Assembly: GCA_900546465.1 (NCBI GenBank)
Contig: URCX01000001.1
Coordinates: 1-35,048 of the forward strand
Direction of reading: 5' to 3'
Origin: an uncultured Bacteroidota bacterium
GTDB lineage: Bacteria; Bacteroidota; Bacteroidia; Bacteroidales; P3
Length of the DNA stretch: 35,048 bases
The notes under the pieces were generated by a model. That model did not search any database, was not told where the DNA came from, and saw only the letters and a program-made list of their open reading frames with translations. Shown piece by piece: positions 7,659 through 18,610 of the stretch; position 1 is the first letter of the stretch, and the number at the start of each line of letters is the position of its first letter. The position numbers and the translations under genes are program-made.

Positions 7659-10600
7659 TTATTCTTCTGCCATTTTGCCGTGACAGTTCTTATACTTCTT
7701 TCCGCTTCCGCAAGGACAAGGGTCATTTCGTCCTATTTTCTTCTCAACATGAACGGGTTGCGGTTTCTGTGCTTCTCTTGGTGCATTAGGTTTCGCTTCT
7801 GCTTCTTCTCTTGATGTTTTGATGTTTCTATTGTCTGTTTTCGGCAATTCCGTATCACGAACCTGCTCTTGTTCGGCTATCGGAAGCGATGCCTTGCACA
7901 AAAATGCCGTTATATCCTTGTTTATCGAAGTAAGCATTTTTTCAAATAGCGAGAAGGACTCGAATTTGTAAATCAAGAGCGGGTCTTTCTGCTCGTACGA
8001 AGCGTTTTGCACCGATTGTTTCAAGTCGTCCAACTCTCTGAGGTGTTCTTTCCAGGCATTGTCGATTATTTGCAGTGTTATGCTTTTCTCAACCGACAAG
8101 GAAATTTCCTTTCCCTCCGTTTGGTATGATTTTTCTATCGGTGCTATTGCCGTTATCGTTCTTTTGCCGTCTGTTATCGGGAATGCGATATTTTCGTAAC
8201 GATAATTCTTCGATTCGTATATGTTTTTCACGAATGGGAAAGCGAGTTTACCGATATTCGCCATTCTTTCCTTATAGTACGGATAGACATTATCGTAGAG
8301 TTGTTCTACATTGTCTTTCTGTCTGTTCTTCAAGAAATCACTCTCATTTATCGGACATTCGTAGCCGCATGTCTTCATAAATTCCATGGAGAAGCCTTCG
8401 TAGTCATCGGCATAGTCGGATACCATAACCTCCAAGGTATCGTAAATCATGTTTGATAAATCTATTGCGAGCTTGTCTCCATACAAGGCGTTCCTTCTTT
8501 TTGTATATACAACCGTTCTTTGGTTGTTCATGACATCATCGTACTCCAAAAGTCGCTTTCTTATTCCGAAGTTGTTTTCTTCCACCTTGCGTTGAGCCCT
8601 TTCAATACTCTTTGTCATCATGGAGTGTTGTATCACTTCTCCTTCCTGTATTCCCAATCTGTCCATGACTTTCACCATTCTGTCAGAGCCGAACAAACGC
8701 ATCAATTTATCTTCCAATGATACGAAGAACTGACTGCTTCCCGGGTCTCCCTGACGTCCGGAACGTCCTCTGAGCTGTCTGTCAACACGTCTGGACTCAT
8801 GTCGTTCCGTGCCGATGATTGCCAAACCGCCTGCCTCTTTTACTCCCTCTCCAAGTTTGATGTCGGTACCACGACCTGCCATATTGGTTGCAATCGTTAC
8901 CGCTCCGGCACGTCCAGCTTGGGCAACGATGTCTGCTTCTTTCTTATGGAGTTTTGCATTCAGCACTTGGTGTTCTATATGTCTTTGTTTCAACATTCGG
9001 GATAATAATTCCGATGTTTCGACATCTGTTGTTCCTATAAGCACCGGGCGGCTTTCGGAAATCAATCGCTCAACCTCTGCGATAACTGCCGCAAATTTTT
9101 CTCTCTTTGTCTTATAAATAAGGTCTTCATTGTCTTTCCTTATCACAGGACGGTTGGTAGGTATGGTAACAACGTCCAATTTGTAAATATCCCACAACTC
9201 TCCTGCTTCCGTTTCGGCAGTACCTGTCATACCTGCAAGTTTGGAATACATTCTGAAGTAGTTCTGCAAAGTGATTGTGGCATAGGTTTGTGTGGCTGCC
9301 TCGACCTTTACTCTTTCCTTGGCTTCTATCGCTTGGTGCAAGCCGTCCGAATAACGTCTTCCCTCCATTATACGACCCGTCTGCTCATCGACAATCTTCA
9401 CTTGGTTGTCTATCACAACGTATTCCACATTGTTCTCAAACAAGGCGTAGGCTTTCATCAACTGATTTATCGTATGTACTCTGTCGGACTGTACTGCGAA
9501 GTTCTGCATTATCTTGTCTTTCTTCTCTGCCTTCTCTTGAAGAGACAAATTCTCTTTTTCCAAATCGGCAAGCTGACTTCCGACATCCGGCAACATGAAG
9601 AATTTGGGGTCTTCACCCAAGGCGGCAAGATAATCCATACCTTTATCGGTCAATTCTATGGAGTTATGCTGCTCGTCTATCACGAAATAAAGTTCATCGT
9701 CTATCACATGCATTTCCTTGTTCTGATCCTGCATGTAGAAGTTCTCCGTCTTCAACAACAAGGCTTTCATGCCGGGTTCGGACAGGAATTTTATCAAAGC
9801 TTTGTTCTTCGGCAAGCCGTGATGAGCCCTGAGCAAAAGAACTCCTCCCTCTTTCTCTTCCTCCGGAGTACGTCCGTCAACGAGTTTCTTCTTTGCATTA
9901 GCCAATATCTGCGTTACAAATTGCTTTTGTGCATTGTAAATCTTTTCAATCACCGGACAAAATCTCTCAAACTCCTGATCATCACCCTTTGGCGTAGGTC
10001 CGGAAATTATAAGCGGCGTTCTGGCATCGTCTATCAAGACCGAATCGACCTCATCGACTATTGCATAATTATGTTCCCTCTGTACAATCTCCTTGGTGTT
10101 GCTGCACATATTGTCCCTTAGGTAATCGAAGCCGAATTCGTTGTTCGTACCGTAGGTAATGTCCGCATTGTATGCACGACGTCTTTCTTCCGAATTAGGT
10201 TCGTGCTTATCGATGCAATCAACGCTCAAACCATGGAACTCGAAAAGCATTCCCATCCATTCGCTGTCTCGTTTTGCCAAATAGTCATTAACCGTTACGA
10301 CATGCACTCCCTTTCCGGGCAAAGCATTAAGGTATATCGGCAAAGTTGCCACCAAGGTTTTACCCTCTCCGGTAGCCATCTCCGCAATTTTTCCCTGATG
10401 CAATACCGTTCCTCCTATAAGTTGAACATCGTAATGCACCATATTCCATTTTATCATGGTACCGCCGGCAATCCAACTGTTGTCATAATATGCCTTATCG
10501 CCCACTATGTTCACATTGTCCTTGACAGAGGCAAGATGTTTGTCGTATTCGTTGGCGGTAACCTCGACTTTCTCGTTATCGGTAAAACGTTTTGCCGTTT

Positions 10601-10949
10601 CTTTCACAACTGCGAATGCTTGCGGAAGCAAATCATTCAATACGTTTTGCGTCTTATCGTAAATCTTTTTGTTCAATTCCTCTATACGATTATAGACCTT
10701 CTGTTTTTCTTCGACCTCCATGTCGATTTCCGTATCTATTCTCGCTTTTAACTCATCGACCTGCTTCTGTTCCTCTTCGATATTCGTATTTATAATCTGC
10801 TTGAACTCCGCCGTCTTGGCTCTCAACTCATCATTTGACAGCTTTGTGATTTCATCATAAGCCGCCAAACATTTATCCAATATGGGATTCAACTGTTTCA
10901 AATCCCTTTGCGATTTCGTACCGAATAATTTCGTGAAAAAACTTGCCAT
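7659..10949 (-). CDS. secA: preprotein translocase ATPase SecA
   Basis: 1096 aa, starting [18 protein letters not shown]. Walker A is [14 protein letters not shown] and the DEAD-like motif is [19 protein letters not shown]. The C-terminal zinc motif is [14 protein letters not shown]. Confidence 0.97.
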   Translation of the reverse strand: MASFFTKLFGTKSQRDLKQLNPILDKCLAAYDEITKLSNDELRAKTAEFKQIINTNIEEEQKQVDELKARIDTEIDMEVEEKQKVYNRIEELNKKIYDKTQNVLNDLLPQAFAVVKETAKRFTDNEKVEVTANEYDKHLASVKDNVNIVGDKAYYDNSWIAGGTMIKWNMVHYDVQLIGGTVLHQGKIAEMATGEGKTLVATLPIYLNALPGKGVHVVTVNDYLAKRDSEWMGMLFEFHGLSVDCIDKHEPNSEERRRAYNADITYGTNNEFGFDYLRDNMCSNTKEIVQREHNYAIVDEVDSVLIDDARTPLIISGPTPKGDDQEFERFCPVIEKIYNAQKQFVTQILANAKKKLVDGRTPEEEKEGGVLLLRAHHGLPKNKALIKFLSEPGMKALLLKTENFYMQDQNKEMHVIDDELYFVIDEQHNSIELTDKGMDYLAALGEDPKFFMLPDVGSQLADLEKENLSLQEKAEKKDKIMQNFAVQSDRVHTINQLMKAYALFENNVEYVVIDNQVKIVDEQTGRIMEGRRYSDGLHQAIEAKERVKVEAATQTYATITLQNYFRMYSKLAGMTGTAETEAGELWDIYKLDVVTIPTNRPVIRKDNEDLIYKTKREKFAAVIAEVERLISESRPVLIGTTDVETSELLSRMLKQRHIEHQVLNAKLHKKEADIVAQAGRAGAVTIATNMAGRGTDIKLGEGVKEAGGLAIIGTERHESRRVDRQLRGRSGRQGDPGSSQFFVSLEDKLMRLFGSDRMVKVMDRLGIQEGEVIQHSMMTKSIERAQRKVEENNFGIRKRLLEYDDVMNNQRTVVYTKRRNALYGDKLAIDLSNMIYDTLEVMVSDYADDYEGFSMEFMKTCGYECPINESDFLKNRQKDNVEQLYDNVYPYYKERMANIGKLAFPFVKNIYESKNYRYENIAFPITDGKRTITAIAPIEKSYQTEGKEISLSVEKSITLQIIDNAWKEHLRELDDLKQSVQNASYEQKDPLLIYKFESFSLFEKMLTSINKDITAFLCKASLPIAEQEQVRDTELPKTDNRNIKTSREEAEAKPNAPREAQKPQPVHVEKKIGRNDPCPCGSGKKYKNCHGKMAEE

Positions 10950-10967
10950 ATTTTTATTGCATTTGGT

Positions 10968-12578
10968 TTAATTACTTGTATCCTTTCTTCGTTCCGAGAA
11001 ATCGGAAGGGCGTTCCAATTTCTCAAACCGCCGATTCGTTTTAACGAAACGGCCTTTTATATTATTCTCTTTGTCAGAGCATTTATTTTTCTTCGGAGCA
11101 TATAAATCTATTGCTGCCACTATTGCCGTAAAACCCCAAAAAGGTACTGCTAATTTATCCGTTTCCAAGAATTGGTTCAAGAAGCCGTGTACGTAATATG
11201 TAGTCAACGCCATTACTGCGAACAAAGCCATATTCGCCACCGCCTTATCTGCCGTTCTTTTATATGCCCTTATTCCTATTACGAAGCTGACGACAAACAC
11301 TGCCGTTGTTGTCAACATTCCAACCAAGCCTTGTTCAGCCAAAGGACGTAAATACTCACTATGTGTCGAGCCGAGAGTGCCGGCATCGGTGCTTATTACC
11401 GTCATGCCGTAAGATTTCTGATAAGGAGCATACAAAAAGACATACATGCCCGGTCCCCAACCCATGACGGGACGCTCCTTGAACATTTTCATGGCACAAG
11501 ACCAACGATTCAATCGTTCGACATTGGAAGCGTCCGTGGAAATATTCGTTATGGAACTTATATGTTCTGCCATGTTTCCCGAAGAGTCCTGCTCATTTTT
11601 TGCAAAACGCCCCATGATACTGTTCCATGAAAAAGCCACAACCAACAAGACTGCAAGGGAACAATAAATAAATGTTTTCAGTCTTAGGTTGAGCTTAACT
11701 ATCACCCAAATACCGCAGGCGGCAAGCAGACTTATCCACGCCGCTCTCGAATAAGACAAGATGAAACCTGTTACCAATATCGCAAAAGCCAATACCACAA
11801 AGAACATTTGCAATTTTCCGAGACCTGTTTTCCTGCCATAAAAAAGGTAATAAATCAAAGGCGGAATAAATAAGGCTATCACGGCACCGTAAGCCGTATG
11901 ATCATTATAGAAAGGTTGCATTGCATAGTGTGCAAAGTTGAAATTAAAGCCCGTCGATGCGAAATTCAAACTTGCGATTATTACTACTATGCAAAGGGAA
12001 AAGCAATACAAACCTATAAACAAGCCCTGCTTGGAAGTATTCTTGAATAAAGGAACAAGGAAAAAGAAACAAGGAATGATGAACCACAACTGTGAAATAA
12101 GATACTTGAAAGACACCACAACATCTTCGCTGAAAGGACAACCTATAAGCGTCCACAAAATATTTATTATTATTGCCACAGAAATAGGGTGGGAAAAGAC
12201 TTTCTTATCATAGTTGCCTGAAAAAATCAACTGCCAAACAAACAGAAGCATTACCATAATAAGAATAGGTTCGGAGGGAATGCTGAGTGTAAGACCCTCG
12301 GTTCCCATGTTTATTGCGAAAGGAGTAAACAAGGCAACAAGGAAAACAGCATTCTTAAACTGCGAAATGGTAAAGAGCAGAGCTGCTAAAATAAGCGGAA
12401 TGGCTGCATACCAATAATATTCATAAGCAAGACAATAAACACCGCCCGCAATGAATGCCGTACAGCACAAGGCGACACAAAGATACGTCTTTGTATTCTC
12501 GCCAAGTCCGTCAAGGAAATTACAAATCGGAGTTTTCAAGGACTTCAACGCCCTGTTCACATGCTCGATTGCTCTCAT
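10968..12578 (-). CDS. O-antigen ligase / Wzy_C-family polytopic membrane protein
   Basis: At least 10 predicted TM helices and a SYSRAAWISLLAA motif typical of the Wzy_C domain. The preferred ATG at 12576-12578 overlaps the upstream stop (TAATG). The track start at 12644 would overlap the preceding gene by 67 nt. Confidence 0.65.
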   Translation of the reverse strand: MRAIEHVNRALKSLKTPICNFLDGLGENTKTYLCVALCCTAFIAGGVYCLAYEYYWYAAIPLILAALLFTISQFKNAVFLVALFTPFAINMGTEGLTLSIPSEPILIMVMLLFVWQLIFSGNYDKKVFSHPISVAIIINILWTLIGCPFSEDVVVSFKYLISQLWFIIPCFFFLVPLFKNTSKQGLFIGLYCFSLCIVVIIASLNFASTGFNFNFAHYAMQPFYNDHTAYGAVIALFIPPLIYYLFYGRKTGLGKLQMFFVVLAFAILVTGFILSYSRAAWISLLAACGIWVIVKLNLRLKTFIYCSLAVLLVVAFSWNSIMGRFAKNEQDSSGNMAEHISSITNISTDASNVERLNRWSCAMKMFKERPVMGWGPGMYVFLYAPYQKSYGMTVISTDAGTLGSTHSEYLRPLAEQGLVGMLTTTAVFVVSFVIGIRAYKRTADKAVANMALFAVMALTTYYVHGFLNQFLETDKLAVPFWGFTAIVAAIDLYAPKKNKCSDKENNIKGRFVKTNRRFEKLERPSDFSERRKDTSN

Positions 12579-13570
12579 TAGCAAAGTTTGTTCCCTTTTG
12601 CCCTTTCTCTGATTACCAAAACAACCAATGCCAATAAAGTACAAGAAAATGCAGATACCAAAACAATGATGGAACGCTTTGGTTTATCCTTGAAATATGA
12701 AGGAGCAGCTTTCTCGATTATAAATTCCGTAGGTATTTTTGCGTCTCTGTCCACTTTGGCACGCTCCAAATGCTCTGTCCAACGCATCAAAGATTCCCTT
12801 CTGTTGCCCAACTGTTCTCTCAAATTGGCGATTCTGGCACCGGCTTCTTCAAGACTGAGCAACTTTGCCTCCAATCTTGCCACCGCAGCATTGTTTCCGG
12901 CAGCCACCTGCTTTGCCAACTCCTGCGAAAACCTTTCTCCCATTCCGTCAGGATAGTAAATCTTGTATCTTTTGCTCAATTCCGACAAACTGTCCATCAA
13001 CATATTTATGCTATCCATCAGTTCCGCACGCGATCTCTCTATGGTAGCACAAACAGAATCGTATTTCTCTTTCTTGGCTTCGTTTCTCACTACGCTGACT
13101 TCCCTTGCCATGAAATTGGCTATGTTTGCCGCATACTCAGGATCGGTATCCCAAACGGTGAGTTTAATTCCCAAATTTTCCGTTCGCTTGACTTTTATAT
13201 TGTTGTACAGTTTCCTTCCCAACTTTTCGTCCAATTCCTTTCCGCTTGCTTTAATTCCGTAATGCTCTGCGAGATTAAACTTCGAGCAAGCAGCCCCTAT
13301 AATTCTGCTGCTGCCCAATATATCCAACACATGCTCGCAATCCGTTGCCGAACCGAAGTTCATAGGGTCCACATTGTCCATATTGCTCAAAAATCCCTTC
13401 GATATGGAATTGGTATCACTCGGAATAAGCAACACCTGTGCCTTATAATAATTAGGTATAAACAAACAGATGACCGCAACCGCAATTCCGGAAATCACAA
13501 AGGTCAAAGCCAACACCTTAAAGTGGCTTTTTATAAACTTGAACGTATCCTTCAAATTCAATTCTTCCAT
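12578..13570 (-). CDS. polysaccharide co-polymerase (Wzz/GumC-like chain-length determinant) protein
   Basis: An N-terminal TM (LALTFVISGIAVAVICLFI) and a C-terminal TM (IIVLVSAFSCTLLALVVLVI) flank a long coiled-coil region. It is adjacent to the Wzy_C gene. The start is trimmed to MEELNLKD (ATG 13568-13570) because a -7 box lies inside the longer version. Confidence 0.55.
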   Translation of the reverse strand: MEELNLKDTFKFIKSHFKVLALTFVISGIAVAVICLFIPNYYKAQVLLIPSDTNSISKGFLSNMDNVDPMNFGSATDCEHVLDILGSSRIIGAACSKFNLAEHYGIKASGKELDEKLGRKLYNNIKVKRTENLGIKLTVWDTDPEYAANIANFMAREVSVVRNEAKKEKYDSVCATIERSRAELMDSINMLMDSLSELSKRYKIYYPDGMGERFSQELAKQVAAGNNAAVARLEAKLLSLEEAGARIANLREQLGNRRESLMRWTEHLERAKVDRDAKIPTEFIIEKAAPSYFKDKPKRSIIVLVSAFSCTLLALVVLVIRERAKGNKLC

Positions 13571-13619
13571 TCTTGTTGTATTAAATTCATATATCCGCCA
13601 AGCCCGTCGGCAGAGTTTG

Positions 13620-13627
13620 CAAAGATA
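13620..13627 (-). promoter_or_regulatory. Bacteroidota -7 box TAtcTTTG
   Basis: The minus strand reads ggcTAtcTTTGcaaac about 50 nt upstream of the ATG at 13570. Confidence 0.35.
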
Positions 13628-13767
13628 GCCAAAATTCCGTAACGGGACATACGTCAAGCCGTTTTTGTGAGCAGACTTTGCAAAATTGCATATTCCTTTG
13701 CTTGCGACAGAGCTTTGTTTCAAAAGAGAAAAACGGCGTTCCATTATCGCACATGAACGAATTTTTG

Positions 13768-13775
13768 TACCTTTG
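13768..13775 (+). promoter_or_regulatory. Bacteroidota -7 box TAccTTTG (topA)
   Basis: tttttgTAccTTTGcgg lies 21 nt upstream of the topA ATG. Confidence 0.45.
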
Positions 13776-13795
13776 CGGCTTAAAATTTTTATCAA

Positions 13796-16276
13796 ATGGC
13801 AAAAAATCTGGTTATAGTCGAATCTCCGGCAAAGGCAAAGACGATAGAGAAATTCTTGGGCAAGGATTTCATGGTCAAATCAAGCTATGGACACATCAGA
13901 GACTTAGCTGCAAAGGAAATAAGCATAGATATAGAACATGACTTCGAGCCAAAATATGTCGTTTCGGAAGATAAGACAAAACTCGTTTCGGAATTAAAGA
14001 AAGACGTCAAGCAAGCCGAAATGGTATGGCTTGCATCTGATGAAGACCGTGAGGGAGAAGCCATAGCATGGCACTTGAAAGAAGCCTTGCAGCTTGATTC
14101 CGCAAAAACAAAACGAATAGTCTTCAACGAGATTACCAAGACTGCCATTTTGAATGCAGTCGCACACCCGAGGGATATAGACATCAACCTCGTCAATGCA
14201 CAGCAAGCCCGCAGGGTTTTGGACAGAATAGTGGGCTATGAGATTTCTCCGGTGCTTTGGAAGAAAGTAAAACCGTCTCTTTCCGCCGGAAGAGTGCAAA
14301 GCGTTGCCGTCAGGCTTATAGTAGAGAAAGAAGCCGAAATTCAAAACTTCAGACAAATAACCAAATACAGAGTAAAAGCAGATTTTCTCACCAAAGAAAA
14401 CCGCATTATCTCAGCCGTACTGAATAAAAAGTTCGACTCCAAAGAGGAAGCAAAGGATTTCTTGAACGATTGCCGCAATGCGACATTCTCTGTCGGAGCA
14501 ACAGAGAAGAAGCCGGGCAAACTCTCTCCGTCGGCTCCCTTTACAACATCGACACTTCAACAAGAAGCCTCACGAAGGCTCGGTATGTCGGTTTCCCGTA
14601 CCATGTTGGTGGCACAACAGCTCTATGAAGCGGGATATATCACTTATATGAGAACAGACTCCGTGAATTTGTCCGATTTTGCTTTGGAACAAGCAAAAGA
14701 TGTCATCACTTCCGTCTATGGAAGCGAGTATCACAAAGCACGGAAATTTGCCAACAAAATAAAAGGAGCCCAAGAAGCTCATGAGGCTATTCGTCCTACT
14801 CAACTCGACAGAGAAAGCATTTCTGCCGATGCCGCTTCGCAAAGACTTTACGACCTGATACGCAAACGCACTCTTGCTTCCCAAATGTCAGATGCCAAGA
14901 TAGAGAAAACCAATATAACGATTTCCATTTCCAATCGCAGCGAAGAATACAGCACAAGCGGCGAAATCGTTTTATTCGACGGTTTCATGAAAGTTTATGC
15001 TCCAAACACTGAGGAAGAAAACACTGATGAGAACAATTCCAACGTTATTCTTCCCAAAGTAAGCAAAGGAGACATTCTTCAACATCTCTCTTCCAAAGCA
15101 CAAGAAACCCATTCCGCTCCGCCGGCTCGCTACAACGAAGCCTCCCTTGTGAAGAAACTCGAAGACCTTGGCATAGGTCGTCCTTCCACATACGCCCCTA
15201 CCATAACCACGATACAGAAACGCGAATATGTTATCAAGCAGGACAATCCTGCCAAACAAAGGGAAATCGTCGTTCTTTTGCTTGACAAAGGCGAAGTGAG
15301 CGAAAAAAGCGAGAAAGAAAGCTACGGCAGCGAGAAAGGCAAATTACACCCAACCGATATAGGCACAATAGTAAACAGTTTCCTTGTCGAACATTTTACG
15401 GACATAATAGACTACAACTTCACCGCCCAAGTGGAAAAGCAATTCGACCAAATAGCCCAAGGAAAAGAGAGTTGGCAGGACATGATGAGAACTTTCTACA
15501 AACCTTTCCACAACGAAGTCGAAGCAACCAAAGAAAGCAAGAAAGAGACAGGCGAACGACTGCTCGGCACGGATAAAGCAAGCGGCAAAAACGTCTATGC
15601 AAAAATCGGACGCTTCGGAGCGATGATTCAAATAGGCGAAATATCAGACGAAGACAAGCCGCGTTTCGCTTCTCTTAAAAAAACGCAATCCATAAACACC
15701 ATAACACTTGAGGAAGCATTGGAATTATTCTCTCTTCCTCGCACTGTGGGAACATATAAAGACAAAGAAATCATTGCAAACACCGGTCGTTTCGGAGCAT
15801 ACATCAATTACAACGGCAAGAACTACTCCCTGCCGAAAGATGTTGACCCTTTGGAAGTCAACATGGAACAATGCGTCGAGGTGATAGAGAAGAAAGACAA
15901 GCAAACCGCCCTTGTCGGCAAAGTATTGGCAAATCACGAGGGCAAGGACATCACTTTGGCATACGGACGCTTCGGAATGTACATCAAATACAATGACGCC
16001 AATTTCCGTATCCCGAGAGGCACTGCACCCGATGGCATAACACCGGAGCAAGCCATAGCCATAGTCAGCGGCGAAGTCAAAAAGCAGGCAGCAATCAGGA
16101 CTTTTGCCTCCGGAGCCGAACTTTTGGACGGACGTTACGGCCCTTACATCAAATACAACGGCAAGAACTACAAAATACCAAAGGAATATATCCCGAGCGA
16201 ATTAAGTGAAGAACAAGTAAACACCCTTATTGCCACCCCTCCCGCAACAAAGAAACGAAGCACCGCAAAGAAATAA
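13796..16276 (+). CDS. topA: DNA topoisomerase I
   Basis: The Toprim start is MAKNLVIVESPAKAKTIEKFLG. The active-site region is GYITYMRTDS. C-terminal repeats of the GRFGxYIxYNGKNY type are present. 826 aa. Confidence 0.95.
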   Translation: MAKNLVIVESPAKAKTIEKFLGKDFMVKSSYGHIRDLAAKEISIDIEHDFEPKYVVSEDKTKLVSELKKDVKQAEMVWLASDEDREGEAIAWHLKEALQLDSAKTKRIVFNEITKTAILNAVAHPRDIDINLVNAQQARRVLDRIVGYEISPVLWKKVKPSLSAGRVQSVAVRLIVEKEAEIQNFRQITKYRVKADFLTKENRIISAVLNKKFDSKEEAKDFLNDCRNATFSVGATEKKPGKLSPSAPFTTSTLQQEASRRLGMSVSRTMLVAQQLYEAGYITYMRTDSVNLSDFALEQAKDVITSVYGSEYHKARKFANKIKGAQEAHEAIRPTQLDRESISADAASQRLYDLIRKRTLASQMSDAKIEKTNITISISNRSEEYSTSGEIVLFDGFMKVYAPNTEEENTDENNSNVILPKVSKGDILQHLSSKAQETHSAPPARYNEASLVKKLEDLGIGRPSTYAPTITTIQKREYVIKQDNPAKQREIVVLLLDKGEVSEKSEKESYGSEKGKLHPTDIGTIVNSFLVEHFTDIIDYNFTAQVEKQFDQIAQGKESWQDMMRTFYKPFHNEVEATKESKKETGERLLGTDKASGKNVYAKIGRFGAMIQIGEISDEDKPRFASLKKTQSINTITLEEALELFSLPRTVGTYKDKEIIANTGRFGAYINYNGKNYSLPKDVDPLEVNMEQCVEVIEKKDKQTALVGKVLANHEGKDITLAYGRFGMYIKYNDANFRIPRGTAPDGITPEQAIAIVSGEVKKQAAIRTFASGAELLDGRYGPYIKYNGKNYKIPKEYIPSELSEEQVNTLIATPPATKKRSTAKK

Positions 16277-16443
16277 TTTTCCGACATTTGCAACAGAGAG
16301 TTATGAAACGCCGTTTTATAAGAAATAAAAGGGCGTTCGGCGTAAATGAAGCGGCGTTTTATTTTAGCGAAAGGGCGTTTCGTTGAAAGGGATACGCTAA
16401 GCATTGCTTCGGATTGTAAAACGGTAAATCAAAACATAAGAAT

Positions 16444-17514
16444 ATGAAAACAGCACTTATAAGCGGAATAACGGGACAGGACGGCAGTTTTCTTGCAGAG
16501 TTTCTCCTTGAAAAGGGATACTGTGTCCATGGAATTATTCGCCGCAGTTCCTCTTTCAATACGGGACGAATAGAACATCTTTACCTTAAAGAATGGATTA
16601 AAGACCAAAAACAGGACAGAGCAATCAATCTTCATTACGGAGATATGACCGATTCTTCTTCCTTGATACGTATTTTGCAGGAGGTACAGCCCGATGAGAT
16701 TTACAATCTTGCCGCCCAAAGTCATGTCAAGGTAAGTTTCGATGTGCCGGAATACACAGCCGAAACGGACGCTGTGGGAACTCTTCGGCTGTTGGAGGCT
16801 GTGCGTATTCTCGGATTGGAAAAGAAAACAAAGATTTACCAAGCCTCCACCTCGGAACTCTATGGCTTGGTGCAGGAAGTGCCGCAGAGCGAAACCACAC
16901 CTTTTTACCCTCGTTCGCCATACGGAGTGGCTAAGTTGTACGGCTTTTGGATTATAAAGAATTACCGTGAGAGCTACGGCATATTTGCTGTGAACGGCAT
17001 ATTGTTCAATCATGAAAGCGAGAGACGGGGAGAGACATTCGTAACTCGCAAAATCACCCTTGCCGCAGCACGTGTGGCAAAAGGCTTGCAGGACAAACTC
17101 TATCTCGGAAACCTATCCGCACTCAGGGATTGGGGTTATGCAAAAGATTATGTGGAATGTATGTGGTTGATGTTGCAAGAAGACAAACCGGAAGACTTTG
17201 TCATAGCAACCGGCGAGGCACACAGCGTAAGGGAATTTTGTTCCTTGGCATTCAAATACGCAGGCATTGACTTACAATGGCAGGGTGAGGGAGTGAATGA
17301 GAAAGGCATAGACAGTGCAACGGGCAGAGTACTTGTCGAAGTGGACGAAAAATTCTTCCGTCCTGCGGAAGTGGAACAACTGCTCGGCAATCCGGCAAAG
17401 GCACAAAGGCTTCTCGCTTGGAATCCCCGCAAGACAAGTTTTGAAGAGCTTGTCAGAATAATGGTGGAAGCAGACATGAAGAAAGCGGAGGCAGAAGCCA
17501 AAGCAGCAGAATAA
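16444..17514 (+). CDS. gmd: GDP-mannose 4,6-dehydratase
   Basis: [33 protein letters not shown] and [17 protein letters not shown] are canonical Gmd motifs. Confidence 0.95.
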   Translation: MKTALISGITGQDGSFLAEFLLEKGYCVHGIIRRSSSFNTGRIEHLYLKEWIKDQKQDRAINLHYGDMTDSSSLIRILQEVQPDEIYNLAAQSHVKVSFDVPEYTAETDAVGTLRLLEAVRILGLEKKTKIYQASTSELYGLVQEVPQSETTPFYPRSPYGVAKLYGFWIIKNYRESYGIFAVNGILFNHESERRGETFVTRKITLAAARVAKGLQDKLYLGNLSALRDWGYAKDYVECMWLMLQEDKPEDFVIATGEAHSVREFCSLAFKYAGIDLQWQGEGVNEKGIDSATGRVLVEVDEKFFRPAEVEQLLGNPAKAQRLLAWNPRKTSFEELVRIMVEADMKKAEAEAKAAE

Positions 17515-17527
17515 AACAATAAAGCAA

Positions 17528-18610
17528 ATGGATAAGCATTCTAAGATATTTGTTGCCGGTCATAGAGGATTGGTCGGCTCTGCCATTGTGCGGCAGTTGG
17601 AAAACAGAGGATACGATAAGTTGCTTCTCAAAACGCATAAGGAATTGGACTTATGTAATCAGGCGGAAACGGAAGCCTTCTTCAAGGAGGAAAGACCGGA
17701 ATACGTCTTTCTTGCCGCCGCTTTTGTGGGAGGAATAATGGCAAACTCGCTTTATCGAGCTGATTTCATATATAACAACCTCCAAATACAGAACAATGTC
17801 ATTCATTTTTCATATAAATATGGAGTGAAGAAACTGCTCTTCCTCGGAAGCACCTGCATATATCCCCGCAATGCCTCACAACCCATTCGGGAGGAAAGCC
17901 TCTTGACAGATGAGCTTGAATACACCAACGAACCTTATGCTTTGGCAAAAATAGCAGGCTTGAAGATGTGCGAAAGCTACAATCTGCAATACGGAACGGA
18001 CTTTATCGCCGTTATGCCCACCAATTTGTACGGTCCGAACGATAATTTCAATCTTGAAACCTCCCATGTCATGCCGGCTCTTGTGCGTAAGGCTCATCTC
18101 GGCAAATGCCTGCAAGAAGAAAATTGGGAAATGCTCCGCAAGGACTTGGACAGAAACCCTATAAAAGGCGTTAACGGTAAGAGTAAGGAGGCGGAAATAA
18201 TAGCAAAATTAGCCGAATACGGAATTGAAAAGCACAATGGGGAATGCATTATAGAAATATGGGGCAGCGGCAAACCATTGAGAGAATTTCTTTGGAGCGA
18301 TGATATGGCAGATGCCTGCGTTTTTCTTATGGAAAAGATAAGTTTCCGCGACACATACGCTCCTGAGGATAAAGAAATCAGGAATTGCCATATCAACATA
18401 GGCACAGGAAAAGAAATAAGCATAGGAAAACTCTTCGAGATGGTCTGTCATACGGTCGGATACAGCGGAAAGATAAAATACAATACTTCCAAACCCGACG
18501 GCACACCGAGAAAACTAACCGATGTAAGCAAACTCCATGCTCTCGGCTGGCAACACAAAATAGAACTACCCCAAGGCATAGCAATGCTCTACCGCTCATA
18601 CCTGTCCTGA
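17528..18610 (+). CDS. fcl: GDP-L-fucose synthase
   Basis: IFVAGHRGLVGSAIVRQL, LGSTCIYP, YALAKIAG and MPTNLYGPNDNF are present, and the gene lies immediately downstream of gmd. Confidence 0.92.
   Translation: MDKHSKIFVAGHRGLVGSAIVRQLENRGYDKLLLKTHKELDLCNQAETEAFFKEERPEYVFLAAAFVGGIMANSLYRADFIYNNLQIQNNVIHFSYKYGVKKLLFLGSTCIYPRNASQPIREESLLTDELEYTNEPYALAKIAGLKMCESYNLQYGTDFIAVMPTNLYGPNDNFNLETSHVMPALVRKAHLGKCLQEENWEMLRKDLDRNPIKGVNGKSKEAEIIAKLAEYGIEKHNGECIIEIWGSGKPLREFLWSDDMADACVFLMEKISFRDTYAPEDKEIRNCHINIGTGKEISIGKLFEMVCHTVGYSGKIKYNTSKPDGTPRKLTDVSKLHALGWQHKIELPQGIAMLYRSYLS

Noticed and set aside
7589-7726. A 46-codon N-terminal extension of rpsF in the ORF track, overlapping the secA 3' end.
   Set aside because: The canonical bS6 start MVRQYETVF is at 7588. 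The extension contains the TAccTTTG promoter box and overlaps secA. The same logic was applied to the extensions at 12579-12644, 13571-13795, 20288-20389, 6385-6405 (TTG), 22014-22022 (TTG), 4327-4335 (GTG) and 34255-34290.
7659-10949. Many long plus-strand ORFs (for example 9288..10121 at 277 aa, 10203..10751 at 182 aa and 8809..9117) lie antisense to secA. Similar ones lie antisense to glmS, U32, topA, pdxJ and the transporter (for example 32291..32998, 30189..30887 and 12770..13642).
   Set aside because: They lie wholly inside strongly conserved genes on the opposite strand or in another frame. Their composition is Cys/Arg/Ser/Leu-rich and they have no recognisable motifs. These are typical shadow ORFs.
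17528-18610. An apparent insertion of about 35-40 aa in Fcl (LGKCLQEENWEMLRKDLDRNPIKGVNGKSKEAEIIAKLAEYGIEKHNGE) relative to the E. coli enzyme.
   Set aside because: As far as I recall, Bacteroidales Fcl proteins are generally about 355-360 aa with this extra segment. This is a lineage feature, not an anomaly of this locus.
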